Positions 26,104-35,760 of a stretch of DNA of 64,000 nt are shown piece after piece; position 1 is the stretch's first letter; the number at the start of each line of letters is the position of its first letter. The notes under the pieces are model-generated. The model was not told the DNA's origin and ran no database searches. It was given only the letters and a program-made list of their open reading frames with translations. Made by a program: the position numbers and the translations under genes. The stretch is taken from NCBI GenBank assembly GCA_039588275.1, contig JBDHAC010000004.1, positions 14,447-78,446 on the forward strand, given 5' to 3'. The stretch comes from Gemmatimonadota bacterium (lineage in GTDB: Bacteria; Gemmatimonadota; Gemmatimonadetes; Palauibacterales; Palauibacteraceae).

Positions 26104-26957
26104 TGGCAACCGCCGAGGAATGGCTCCGAGCGGAGGACGAAACCCGGCTCTTTCACCGCTGGTGGGTACCGTCCGGCGAGCCGCGAGCGGCCCTCGCCGT
26201 CATCCACGGCGTCGGCGAGCACGGCGATCGTTACGCGCCGTTCGCCGAGCTGCTGACGGCTCGACGAGCAGCCGTCCACGTCATGGATCTCCGCGGTCAC
26301 GGCCGCTCGGACGGGGTGCGGGTCCACGTGGATCGGTGGGGTTCGTACCTGACGGATCTGGCCGCATTCCTTGGCGCGGTCGGGAGGGTGCGAGGCGCGT
26401 GCCCCGTCTTCCTGTTCGGTCATAGCCTCGGAGCGCTGATCGCGCTCGACTACGCGCTCGGCCCCGGATCGGGCTCGACCGACGGATCAAGGCCGGTCGG
26501 ACTGATCTCGAGCTCGACGGCGATCGATCCGAAAGGCGTTGCGACCCCACTCCTGGTGACGATCGCCAGGCTGCTCTCTCGAGTGGCGCCGCGGGTTTCG
26601 CTCGACCTTGGGATCGACCCCGCGGCCCTGTCTCGCGACCCGGCGGTGGCGCATGCCTACGAGGAGGATCCCCTGGTGCACCGGAGGGCCACCGTACGGT
26701 GGGGTACCGAGGTCCTCGCGGCGACGGCGTCGATTCGGCGCAGGGCAGCCCGGCTGCGGATGCCGCTTCTCGCGTGCCACGGTACGGCCGATCGCCTCAC
26801 ATCGCCGGACGGCAGCCGCTGGCTCGCGGAGACCGTGTCCAGCGCCGACGTGGAGCTGAAGCTGTTCCCGGGTGCGTACCATGAGCCGCACAACGACCTG
26901 TGCGCCGGAGAGGTCGCGGCGCACTTCGTCGCGTGGATGGAGACGCGGGTCGCATGA
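26103..26957 (+). CDS. Alpha/beta hydrolase, lysophospholipase/monoacylglycerol lipase-like
   Basis: HGVGEH, DLRGHGRS, GHSLG, HGTAD and YHEPHN motifs; TGATG overlap with cls. Confidence 0.9.
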   Translation: MATAEEWLRAEDETRLFHRWWVPSGEPRAALAVIHGVGEHGDRYAPFAELLTARRAAVHVMDLRGHGRSDGVRVHVDRWGSYLTDLAAFLGAVGRVRGACPVFLFGHSLGALIALDYALGPGSGSTDGSRPVGLISSSTAIDPKGVATPLLVTIARLLSRVAPRVSLDLGIDPAALSRDPAVAHAYEEDPLVHRRATVRWGTEVLAATASIRRRAARLRMPLLACHGTADRLTSPDGSRWLAETVSSADVELKLFPGAYHEPHNDLCAGEVAAHFVAWMETRVA

Positions 26958-27028
26958 GTCGAGGATCCCGCATGCCGTGGCGTGGCCGGAGTCGTAGCCA
27001 CACTCATTCAGAAGGAACTCGCTGAACG

Positions 27029-27703
27029 ATGACCACAGGACGGCTTCCCTTCATACCGCTCACCGGGTATCCGCCGATCCCGCCGGACGAGATGGTGACA
27101 CGGGCGCGCGCATTCCGAGATGAGATGCAGCGTCGGCGAACCGTGCGTCACTTTTCAGATCGGGAGGTGCCCCGCGACGTTATTGATGCGGCTCTCGAGG
27201 CCGCCGGGACAGCGCCCAACGGCGCCAACATGCAGCCGTGGCACTTCGTCGTGATCGGCGACCCGGCCGTGAAAGGCCGCATTCGCGTGGCGGCGGAGCA
27301 AGAAGAGCACGAGTTCTACACGCGCAGAGCCCCGAAGGAGTGGCTCGAGGCGCTGGCGCCGCTGGGTACGGATGAGCACAAGCCGTTTCTCGAAACGGCA
27401 CCCTACCTGATCGCGATCTTCGCCGAGAGCTATTCTCTGCGTCCGGATGGGGTGAGGGTGAAGAACTACTACGTGACCGAATCGGTCGGGATCGCGACCG
27501 GGATTCTGATCACCGCGTTGCACCGCGCCGGGCTCGCGACGCTCACCCACACACCGAGCCCGATGCGGTTCCTGAACGAGATCCTCGGGAGACCGGAGAA
27601 CGAGCGCCCGTTCCTGCTCCTGGTCGTCGGTCATCCCGCGGAGGATGCGACGGTACCCGACCTGCGCAAGAAGCCCCTGGAAGAGATCGCCAGCTTCGTG
27701 TAG
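27029..27703 (+). CDS. Nitroreductase superfamily, iodotyrosine deiodinase-like
   Basis: [27 protein letters not shown]...L..LGT..KPFLE and TLTHTP as in IYD. Confidence 0.82.
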   Translation: MTTGRLPFIPLTGYPPIPPDEMVTRARAFRDEMQRRRTVRHFSDREVPRDVIDAALEAAGTAPNGANMQPWHFVVIGDPAVKGRIRVAAEQEEHEFYTRRAPKEWLEALAPLGTDEHKPFLETAPYLIAIFAESYSLRPDGVRVKNYYVTESVGIATGILITALHRAGLATLTHTPSPMRFLNEILGRPENERPFLLLVVGHPAEDATVPDLRKKPLEEIASFV

Positions 27704-27764
27704 GCCCGGTCGCGCGCGCACTCGGGCAGTGCGCCGCCGGTAGGAGTGCTCGGGTAGCGACCTG

Positions 27765-29255
27765 CTAGTTCGCCCGCACGGTGCGGCCTTCAGCCCACGC
27801 CCGCAGGCCCTGCACCTTTTCGGACATCGTCCTGGAGAGCGGACGGGTCGCGGCGACTTCGGCCAACAACGCGTCAGTAGAGAGCGTCGCCTTGTCCGAG
27901 AACGCGGTGTAAAGCCCCGCGACGACCACCTGCTCGATCTCGGAGCCGCTGAAGCCGTCAGTCGCACTCGCGAGGTTGGAGAGCCCGAAGCCCGAGCTCT
28001 TCTGGCCGCGCTTACGGAGGTGGATCTCGAAGATCTTCTCGCGAGTCTCTTCATCCGGCAGGTCGACGAAGAAGATCTCGTCGAAGCGGCCCTTGCGCAG
28101 GAATTCGGCAGGGAGCCGCTGGACGTCGTTGGCGGTCGCGACCACGAACACGTCGCCACGGCGGTCCTGCAGCCAGGAGAGGAAGGTTCCCAGGATGCGC
28201 ATGGTCACTCCGCCATCCTGATCGCCCGCACCCGCAAACGCCTTCTCCAACTCGTCGATCCACAGGATTACGGGAGCCATGCGCTCGGCGGCGGCTACCG
28301 CGCGCTTGAAGTTCCGCTCGCTCTCTCCGATGTACTTGTTGTACAGGTTCGATGGGTCGAGCTTGAGCAGCGGCAAGCCCCACTCCATGGCCACCGCCTT
28401 CGCGCACAGGCTCTTGCCGCAACCGGGTACGCCCAGCAGTAGGACGCCACGCGGGAACTCGAGCCCGAACTCGGAGGCACGCTCCGGGGTCTCGACAATC
28501 GCCTGACGCTTCCGGAGCCAGTCCTTGAGCGTGGCCAGGTCCGCCACCTCGGCCAGGCTCTCCTCTACCGGGTAATACTCCAGCAGCCCTTCTCGCTCGA
28601 TCAGTTGCTTCTTGGCCTCGACGACCTTGCGGATATCGTCCGGCGACAGTTGTCCGTCCTCGATGATCGCCTTGGTGAGTACCTTCTCGGCCTCCAGGAG
28701 GGTGAGGCCGCGGAGGTTCTGGAGCAGCCTCTGAGTCTCGTCCGGCGTCTGATCCACGGCGATGTGACCACGGCGATTCAGATCTCGCACGATGTGCTGC
28801 AACAGTGCCCTGTATTCCTCGATGTCCGGTGGCGGCAGTTGCAGGACGGTGGCGACCTGCTGCACGGACTCCGGCAGATCGAGCCCGGCTCCGGTCAGGA
28901 TGATTGCCCCGGCGACCTCGCGGTACGGTTCGGCCGCGTCGCGAAGCTTCCGCGCCAACACCGAGTCGGCCAGATACGGCTCGAAGCCCTTGAACAGATA
29001 GATGGCCGGGAAGCGCGCGCTCTCGACGTGATCCAGCGCCTGACTGGGATCGCCCGTACCGTAGATGCTTGACTCCTTGTCGGTCCGGCGCAGCCCCTTG
29101 CTGGGGGTCCACGCGAACAACGGCAGATCCAGTTGGTCGGCGAGATGCTTGAGAAGACTCTCGGCTCGGTCCTCCTCGGCGGTGTCGAGAACGACGATCG
29201 AGTGGCGAGAGCGGAGAAGGAGATCGAGGTCCTGGAGAGGGTCAGTTCGGCTCAT
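27765..29255 (-). CDS. AAA family ATPase (Ycf46-like)
   Basis: GVPGCGKS Walker A, LWIDELEK Walker B, LRKGRFDEIFFVDLP. Confidence 0.9.
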   Translation of the reverse strand: MSRTDPLQDLDLLLRSRHSIVVLDTAEEDRAESLLKHLADQLDLPLFAWTPSKGLRRTDKESSIYGTGDPSQALDHVESARFPAIYLFKGFEPYLADSVLARKLRDAAEPYREVAGAIILTGAGLDLPESVQQVATVLQLPPPDIEEYRALLQHIVRDLNRRGHIAVDQTPDETQRLLQNLRGLTLLEAEKVLTKAIIEDGQLSPDDIRKVVEAKKQLIEREGLLEYYPVEESLAEVADLATLKDWLRKRQAIVETPERASEFGLEFPRGVLLLGVPGCGKSLCAKAVAMEWGLPLLKLDPSNLYNKYIGESERNFKRAVAAAERMAPVILWIDELEKAFAGAGDQDGGVTMRILGTFLSWLQDRRGDVFVVATANDVQRLPAEFLRKGRFDEIFFVDLPDEETREKIFEIHLRKRGQKSSGFGLSNLASATDGFSGSEIEQVVVAGLYTAFSDKATLSTDALLAEVAATRPLSRTMSEKVQGLRAWAEGRTVRAN

Positions 29256-30319
29256 GCCGAGCCGGCCTCCGGGTTCGCCAGATAACGCTCGGCTCTCCGT
29301 CGAGCGGCATGCACGGGAGATTCGTCTCCCGCGGCCGCTTCCTCGAAGATCGCTGCGAGCGTGGCGCCGATACCTTCCACCTCGGAGCGGATCTGTTCCT
29401 CATCGGTCACCCCGAGCTGCATGCGACCGAACGCGATCGCACCACCCGCGTTGATGATGTAGTCGGGTGCGTACAGGATGTCGCGCTCGTGCAGACGTTC
29501 AGCATCCTCGGGCGCCTGAAGCTGGTTGTTCGCGGAGCCCGCCACGATGTGACAGCGCAGACGTGGAACCGTCTCCGCGTCGAGCGTGGCACCGACGGCG
29601 CATGGCGAGTAGATGTCGACCTCGGCGTCGGCCATATCGGCCGGCGCCACGACCGTACCGACCAGTCGTTCGGCGCTCGCTCGGGCCGTCTCCTCGTCGA
29701 TGTCACACATGACGAGCCGCGCCCCCGCGTCCGCCAGCATGTGGGCCAACGGCAGGCCGACATCCCCGACGCCCTGGATGAGAACCGAGCGTCCCTCGAG
29801 CGAGCTGTCTCCGAATCGGCTCTGGAGGGCGGCGCGCATGCCGGCGAGCACGCCGAGGGCGGTGTAGGGTCCGGGATCCGTGCTGTGCCCGTGGAGGATC
29901 CCCATGACATAGGGAGCGCCGCCGGAGACGACCTTCATGTCCTCCGGGGTGGTGCCCAGATCCACGCCGGTGCGGAACGCCCCCCGCAACGAGCTCAACA
30001 GCCGGCCGTACCGCTCCAGCAGGCGCTGCCTGCGGTCACCCGTGAGCGTCTCCCGTGTCGCGAGCACCGCCTTGCCGCCCCCAAACGGGATTCCGACACC
30101 CGCCCACTTGTACGTCATGCCTTCGGCCAGGCGCATGGCGTCGAGGAGGCCTTCACCCAGGGTCGGGTACGTCTTCATCCGGGTGCCACCGACGGCGGGA
30201 CCCATGCGGGTGTCGTGAAGAGCGATGAAGATCCACGTGTCGGTCGCGGGGTCGCGAGCCACGACCACGGACTCGCCCGGCCAGCCCTCGATTCGTGTCG
30301 TCAGATCATCCGGTGTCAA
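29252..30319 (-). CDS. Leu/Phe/Val dehydrogenase
   Basis: GPAVGGTR, GMTYK, GGGKAV, QGVGDVG, GSANNQL and PDYIINAGG motifs. Confidence 0.92.
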   Translation of the reverse strand: MTPDDLTTRIEGWPGESVVVARDPATDTWIFIALHDTRMGPAVGGTRMKTYPTLGEGLLDAMRLAEGMTYKWAGVGIPFGGGKAVLATRETLTGDRRQRLLERYGRLLSSLRGAFRTGVDLGTTPEDMKVVSGGAPYVMGILHGHSTDPGPYTALGVLAGMRAALQSRFGDSSLEGRSVLIQGVGDVGLPLAHMLADAGARLVMCDIDEETARASAERLVGTVVAPADMADAEVDIYSPCAVGATLDAETVPRLRCHIVAGSANNQLQAPEDAERLHERDILYAPDYIINAGGAIAFGRMQLGVTDEEQIRSEVEGIGATLAAIFEEAAAGDESPVHAARRRAERYLANPEAGSA

Positions 30320-30470
30320 GTTAGCCCCCCCGCGACGTCGCGCGGCGGATACGCACGGCGACGGGTCACGGACCGGACCGCACCCCGCGACCTGGAAGTG
30401 GTGGAACGAAGTGAATATGGGCGCCCGCTGGCCCGGGCGCCCGGTGCTATCTACGGATCGTAGGTGTCAC

Positions 30471-30542
30471 CTACAGATAGTAGATGAGCAGGTAAGCAGC
30501 CAGAACGACGATCAGGATCGTGTAGATTAGCTTCCGATTCAT
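30471..30542 (-). CDS. Unannotated 23-aa single-TM micropeptide MNRKLIYTILIVVLAAYLLIYYL
   Basis: Manual translation; GAGGGGG SD a few nt before the ATG; 43 nt after the VWA lipoprotein stop on the same strand. Confidence 0.6.
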   Translation of the reverse strand: MNRKLIYTILIVVLAAYLLIYYL

Positions 30543-30585
30543 CTGCCCCCCTCGGCTGAGAGTATCTCTCCCGGCCCCACCCGGG

Positions 30586-31365
30586 TCATGAACAGGGATT
30601 CGCGGGCAGACGCACCGGCCGCAAGGTGTAATTGCGATCCAGCAGCCTCGCCCCCGTCGTCTGGAAGTACTCGCTCCAGAAAGCCTTCACCCGCTGCGCG
30701 ATCTGGGTGTCCACTCGAGCCCCCACCACCATGACGCACAGGTCCGTCAAGTCCGGGAGCCTGCCCTGGGCATCGGCGTCCGCTACCCAGCCTGCGGGAG
30801 GCATCTGACGAAGCCCTTCCATGTCGATCGCACGGTTAGACTGGAGCATGTCCGAAAAAAGATACAAGATCGTCTCATGATCTCGATAGGCCCGCAACTC
30901 CTCGCCCACGTCGTGCAGGGTTGAGAGGATGTCGGTGCCATTGATGTTCTGCCGGCCCGTCGTATCGGAGAACTGCGACAAGAGGATCTTCGCATCTCTC
31001 AGGAAACGGGCGCGCGAGATGGAATCCTGCATGAGCTCTCGACCGGTGAACTCCACCTCCGGGACCTGTTGCGACCAGCGCCGGGGCGGCTCGGCGAGCG
31101 AGAGCTGCAAGAGCTGCATGGCCGCCACACGATCTCCGTAGTCCAGCTCGTCCAGCCTTTGGTTCGTGAGCTCCGCGGCCAGTGTGAGGGTATGGTCCGG
31201 GATGCTGGTCGAGCGATCGAAGACGAAAATCACCTGTAGCTGCGGCCGTACGCTCGCGGGGGGCTGCGAGTCTCCACCGGGCGCGGACCCGCCGGAGCAG
31301 GCCCACGTGCCGAGTATGAGAAGAAGCGCGGTATGTAGGGCTGAACGTTGTCCGTGCCTCACCAC
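30586..31365 (-). CDS. Lipoprotein with VWA-like MIDAS motif
   Basis: LLLILGTWA-C lipobox; VIFVFDRSTS (DxSxS), GTDI and LYLFSDM; start overlaps the upstream stop. Confidence 0.72.
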   Translation of the reverse strand: MVRHGQRSALHTALLLILGTWACSGGSAPGGDSQPPASVRPQLQVIFVFDRSTSIPDHTLTLAAELTNQRLDELDYGDRVAAMQLLQLSLAEPPRRWSQQVPEVEFTGRELMQDSISRARFLRDAKILLSQFSDTTGRQNINGTDILSTLHDVGEELRAYRDHETILYLFSDMLQSNRAIDMEGLRQMPPAGWVADADAQGRLPDLTDLCVMVVGARVDTQIAQRVKAFWSEYFQTTGARLLDRNYTLRPVRLPANPCS

Positions 31366-33047
31366 GCGATCGCTTCCTGGTTGAACCTCTGGCGCGCCTC
31401 CTCGAACCGCTGCGCCAGACCGTGTCGCTCGCCGTCGTATTGCTCGGGCGAGCGGAGCGGCTCGATCGCCCCCGCGTCCTCCACTTCGATCTCGATGCCG
31501 AGAGCGACGGGCTCCTGGAACGCCGCAATGGTGCGCGGGTCCAGGCCACGCGCACGTCCGTTCTCCGCGCGGTAGAGGGCGATCACGGATTCAAGCTCTC
31601 GAACCATCGCGCGCGGCTCCTCCAGAGCCGATGCGACGGCTACGGTCTTCAACGAGCGGATCCTCTTCGCCAGATCGGCGAGGAAGGTCGTGACGTCGCT
31701 GGCCGTCCCCTCCGCCGCTTCGATGAACTCCAGGCGTTCTCGCTCGAACGGACTTTCGTTGAAGTGCTCCCTGCGTCTGTCCCGCCGGTGGAAGTATGCC
31801 GCCGACAGCGCGCATATCACCAATGTCGTGTTGAGGAGCAGGATGGGGAAGCTCAGGCGGCTCATCGAGCCGGCATACTCCCGCAACAACACCGCAGCGC
31901 CCTGCATGTCGTCCGCCCGGTTCAACCGCGCGTTGGCTTCGAGCAAGTTCCCGTCGGCTCTGAGGAAGCCGGCTTGTCGGCGGAGCTCCTCGACGACGAT
32001 TGTGTCCTGCTGGTACTGCTCTTCGCCGACCTGACCGAGTCGGATGCGCGCCTCGTAAAGAACGCCGAGGACGAGAATCAGGCCCAGGGCCGTAAGGGCC
32101 ATGGGGATCACGTTCTCCATCTTGGACTTCACGGCGACCGTATGGTGGCGCTCCTCCTGGTCGTGTTGCATCACGAGGTCGCGCAAGGAATGCCCGAAGA
32201 AGTGGGCGAGCACGCACAGGAACGTCACGACCCCCGCCGCCAGGAGGGCGGCGTCGGGCCTCAGGAGGATCTGCGCGAAGACGCGCTCGGCCCCCGCGAA
32301 CCATCCCTCCGACGTCTCAGCCACCAGTCGGATCTGCCGCTCGGTGAGCACGTCTCGCGGGAGAAGCGCCTGGAACACAGGGGCGTTGGCGAAGAACTCC
32401 ACGAGCCCCAAGAAGGTGATCGCGAGGAGATAAATGCGAGTCTGGATCCCACGATCCTGTGCGTCCTTGCCGAGCTCGTCCGTGACTTCGCGGTGACGAA
32501 GAGCCCGCCGCGCCTTGAGCCGCAGCAGTTCGTTGGTGAGCCGCTCGAAGCGGTCGACGGCCAGCGAGGCTCGCCCGAGCTTGTCGGTGATCTGCTCTTC
32601 GTGCTCAGCGACCTCGTTGTGCAGCCATCTGCGGTATTGAAAGCTCCAGCGATCGAAGAACGCCCGGCACCGGTCTCGAAGGTCCTGCTCGGAGCCCGTG
32701 GGGCCAGGGCTCGACTCCTGCGGAACGCCGGCCGCCGCATCCTCTCGAGCGACCCGGATGGCCTCATCGCGGAGGCGACTGACGCCGACCTCCTGAAGAT
32801 CCGTCACCGGGCTTTGCAGCGCTCCCGGCGTGGTCACGTGCGAGGCTTCTGGCCCGACGACGGCGACCGGCCGCCGGTCGTCGGGCCGCACCGGCAGGCT
32901 ATCGCGCGCGACGTCCTGGGGAGCGGCGCGGCGTGCTTCCATGCGCTCGAGCCAACTCGGCGATCGGTTCTCGCCATCGCCGGCGGCAGGGGGAGTGGGA
33001 TCGTCGTTCAGCGTCGGGTCCGGTTGGGCGTTCGTGTCATCTGCCAA
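31359..33047 (-). CDS. Multi-pass membrane protein with coiled-coil segments, unknown function
   Basis: About four TM segments (IYLLAITFLGLVEFF, LLAAGVVTFLCVLAHFFG, MALTALGLILVLGVLY, FPILLLNTTLVICALSAAYF) flanked by charged helices. Confidence 0.8.
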   Translation of the reverse strand: MADDTNAQPDPTLNDDPTPPAAGDGENRSPSWLERMEARRAAPQDVARDSLPVRPDDRRPVAVVGPEASHVTTPGALQSPVTDLQEVGVSRLRDEAIRVAREDAAAGVPQESSPGPTGSEQDLRDRCRAFFDRWSFQYRRWLHNEVAEHEEQITDKLGRASLAVDRFERLTNELLRLKARRALRHREVTDELGKDAQDRGIQTRIYLLAITFLGLVEFFANAPVFQALLPRDVLTERQIRLVAETSEGWFAGAERVFAQILLRPDAALLAAGVVTFLCVLAHFFGHSLRDLVMQHDQEERHHTVAVKSKMENVIPMALTALGLILVLGVLYEARIRLGQVGEEQYQQDTIVVEELRRQAGFLRADGNLLEANARLNRADDMQGAAVLLREYAGSMSRLSFPILLLNTTLVICALSAAYFHRRDRRREHFNESPFERERLEFIEAAEGTASDVTTFLADLAKRIRSLKTVAVASALEEPRAMVRELESVIALYRAENGRARGLDPRTIAAFQEPVALGIEIEVEDAGAIEPLRSPEQYDGERHGLAQRFEEARQRFNQEAIAW

Positions 33048-33060
33048 TGGATCCTCTCCC

Positions 33061-34410
33061 TCAGATCATCCCTTCGCCGACCGGCATGTCGAGGAAGTAG
33101 GACCGACACGCGAGCCCCAGCATACGCCCGGACAGCGCCGGCTCCTCTCCCAGGTAGCGAGAGATATCCAGCAGGTGGTTGACGATGTCACGGGGGTGAC
33201 AGGCTCGCGCCGGCAGCCCACGCTTCTCGTAGAACTCCTTGTAGACGAGATCGACGCCTCTCTCGGAATATTCCAGTCCAGCGGTGTCGCAGCAGCGTTG
33301 GAAGATCTCCTCGTAATCCTCGCGCGAGGGATTCCCGACCAGGACTTTGTACTGAATCCTACGGAGGAATGCTTCCTCGACCAACTCGCTGGGGTTCAGG
33401 TTCGTCGCGAAGATCAGCAGGCACTCGAACGGCACCGGGAGCTTGTGCCCCATCGGGAGGCTCAGGAAATCCATATGCCGGTCGAGGGGGACCATCCAGC
33501 GGTTCAGCAGGTCGCGAGGCCGCACGCGCTGCCGACCGAAATCGTCGATGATGAAGACGCCGCAGTTGGCCTTGATCTGAGGGGGCGCGCGGTAGACGCC
33601 CGACTGAGGATCGAATTGGAGCTCCAGCTCATCCAGCGTGAGCTCACCACCCACCATGACGACTGGTCGTCGAACCAGCGCGTATCGCTGGTCGAAGTCG
33701 GGGGCCTCTCGCAGGAAGGTCGGACCCTCCTCCTGGAAATCGACCTCACCCTGACTGCGGTGAGCGACGGGATCGAAGACGCTGATGATCTGGCCGTCGA
33801 TCTCGATAGCGAACGGGATGAAGATCGTGGTGCCCAGCATCTCGGCGACGGCTTCCGCGATCGACGTCTTTCCGTTCCCGGCGTGTCCGTAGAGGAACAG
33901 CGACTTTCCCGAGTTGATCGCGGGACCGAGCGTCTCGATGAACTCCTCGTCGAACACGAGGTGGCTGAAGCCCTCGACGATCCTCTCGCGGCCGACCTGT
34001 AGGCCACGCGTGCTCTGTGAGCGGACCGATTCCCAGTACTCGGAAAGCGGGATCGGCGCCGGACCTACGTAGCGGCTCGTCTGCATGATCTCGCGGCAAC
34101 GCGCACGTCCTTCACCCGTGATGTCGAACGTGTACCCGACGCGTCCGTGGCCCTCGCTCCCGCGCACCTCTACGAGCCGTCGATGCTGGAGGTCGAGAAG
34201 CTCATCGTCGAGGATGGCGAACGGGAGTCGCAGGAACCCCTCGAGCTGTCTCCCGGTTCGCGCGCCCTGGAGATAGAGCGTCTTCAGGAGCAAGTCGGAT
34301 ACGAACGCGTCGGAGAGACCCGTGTCCTCGAGGGTCTCCGGCACCGGGGGCGCTTTTGATGCGGCCGCCTCGGGGGCGACCGCGGCTTCGGCGGCAACGT
34401 AGGGAGTCAT
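33061..34410 (-). CDS. AAA+ ATPase (MoxR/Mg-chelatase-like clade) co-oriented with the tad genes
   Basis: GHAGNGKT Walker A; IKANCGVFIIDDFGRQ, LLNRW and FATNLNP..EAFLRR motifs. Confidence 0.85.
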   Translation of the reverse strand: MTPYVAAEAAVAPEAAASKAPPVPETLEDTGLSDAFVSDLLLKTLYLQGARTGRQLEGFLRLPFAILDDELLDLQHRRLVEVRGSEGHGRVGYTFDITGEGRARCREIMQTSRYVGPAPIPLSEYWESVRSQSTRGLQVGRERIVEGFSHLVFDEEFIETLGPAINSGKSLFLYGHAGNGKTSIAEAVAEMLGTTIFIPFAIEIDGQIISVFDPVAHRSQGEVDFQEEGPTFLREAPDFDQRYALVRRPVVMVGGELTLDELELQFDPQSGVYRAPPQIKANCGVFIIDDFGRQRVRPRDLLNRWMVPLDRHMDFLSLPMGHKLPVPFECLLIFATNLNPSELVEEAFLRRIQYKVLVGNPSREDYEEIFQRCCDTAGLEYSERGVDLVYKEFYEKRGLPARACHPRDIVNHLLDISRYLGEEPALSGRMLGLACRSYFLDMPVGEGMI

Positions 34411-34432
34411 GGTATTCTTCGTCCTCCACCCA

Positions 34433-34804
34433 TCACGCGGCCGCGCGGCCGCTTTCAGTCCACTCGAGCTGGTCGCCGATCTCGGTTCCCGTCGACGCGA
34501 GCGTGCCCGTTGGCAACTCGAGCGCGTACTCGGCGCTCCAGTGCATCTTCGTGCGCTTCCTGGGCTGCAGGTCCGAATACACCGCCACGACCCGCTTCGC
34601 TTTGTCCACCAGCGCCACGTCGATGGCGAACTTCATCCAGTACATGTGCACGCCCTGGCTCGGCACGATGAGGAGCCCCTCCCCAAGCTGCGGCTCGGGC
34701 TGCCCGATCAGGCCCCTGAGACGAGGCCACCAGCGGTCGGCGACCTGTATCCGGTCGCCGAGTGCCACGCCACGGCTGACGTTGGCGATCCGGATCGTAC
34801 TCAA
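34433..34804 (-). CDS. DUF192 family protein
   Basis: VAD.W..RLRGL, GLLI.P..VHM..M.F.ID and ALELP.G motifs. Confidence 0.88.
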   Translation of the reverse strand: MSTIRIANVSRGVALGDRIQVADRWWPRLRGLIGQPEPQLGEGLLIVPSQGVHMYWMKFAIDVALVDKAKRVVAVYSDLQPRKRTKMHWSAEYALELPTGTLASTGTEIGDQLEWTESGRAAA

Positions 34805-34806
34805 CG

Positions 34807-35736
34807 CTAGAAGCCTCCGAAGAAGTCCCGGAAGATGAACACCGACGGCCCGACGAGGACGACGAAGATTGCCGGGAAGATGAAGAAGATGAGCGGGAAC
34901 AACATCTTCACGGTTGTCTTTGCCGCGGCCTCCTCGGCGCGCTGCATGCGCTTGGACCGCAGAGTCTCTGCATGAACGCGTAGGGCGTCGGCGATCGAAG
35001 TCCCGAATCGGTCCGTCTGCATGAGCATCGACGTCAGAGAACGGATGTCGTCGACGCCGGTACGTTCGCCGAGTCGCCGAAGGGCTTCGTCGCGAGGCGT
35101 CCCCGCCCGGATCTCCAGGTTCACCACGGTGAGCTCATCGCTCATCTCGGGGCTGAGACGGTCCACCTCCTCGGACACGCGAACGAGCGCCTGGTTGAGA
35201 CCCAAACCCGCCTCGACGCACACTACGAGCAGATCGAGCGTGTCCGGGAGGGCTCGGCGAAGCTCGAGCTGACGCTTCTTGACACGACCGTCCACGTACA
35301 GGTACGGGAACATCCACCCGAAGAGCCCCAGTAGAACGGCGATCAGGAAGAGAGCGGGTGGCCGCACGCCGAGGAACGCGAGCCCCAGGAAGCCTCCGAT
35401 GCCCAACCCCGCGCCCCCCAGGATGCGGGTGGCCAGATAGATGGCGACCGCGTTCGGGTGCCGAATGCCGGCGTGGACCATCCACAGTCGCGTGGCGGAA
35501 TCGCTGACCTGCCGAGCGCCGACCCGTTCTCCGAGCGCCTGGAGGATCCCGGAGAACCGCTCTCGCTTCGCTTGGCGGCGACGTCGCTCACGCAACTCGC
35601 GGTACGTCATCGCGCCCGTCTGGAGCGACGCCAGCCGTCGACGCACGAGCCGTGTCTCGGCCGGCGCGATGTTGGCGAGGCCGAGTACGAGCAGCCCCAC
35701 CGCGAGCGCTGTCAGGGCCACGACGAGAAAGATCAT
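34807..35736 (-). CDS. tadC: Tad pilus inner-membrane platform protein TadC (T2SSF)
   Basis: LPDTLDLLVVCVEAGLG, QTDRFGTS and AEEAAAKTTVKMLFPL motifs. Confidence 0.92.
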   Translation of the reverse strand: MIFLVVALTALAVGLLVLGLANIAPAETRLVRRRLASLQTGAMTYRELRERRRRQAKRERFSGILQALGERVGARQVSDSATRLWMVHAGIRHPNAVAIYLATRILGGAGLGIGGFLGLAFLGVRPPALFLIAVLLGLFGWMFPYLYVDGRVKKRQLELRRALPDTLDLLVVCVEAGLGLNQALVRVSEEVDRLSPEMSDELTVVNLEIRAGTPRDEALRRLGERTGVDDIRSLTSMLMQTDRFGTSIADALRVHAETLRSKRMQRAEEAAAKTTVKMLFPLIFFIFPAIFVVLVGPSVFIFRDFFGGF

Positions 35737-35760
35737 CTTCCTTCCCTCAGATCAGAGCGG

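Noticed and set aside
27765-30319. Ycf46-like ATPase and Leu dehydrogenase as part of the Tad extension
   Set aside because: They are separated by a hairpin-containing gap of about 150 nt, are coupled to each other, and show no functional link to the pilus.
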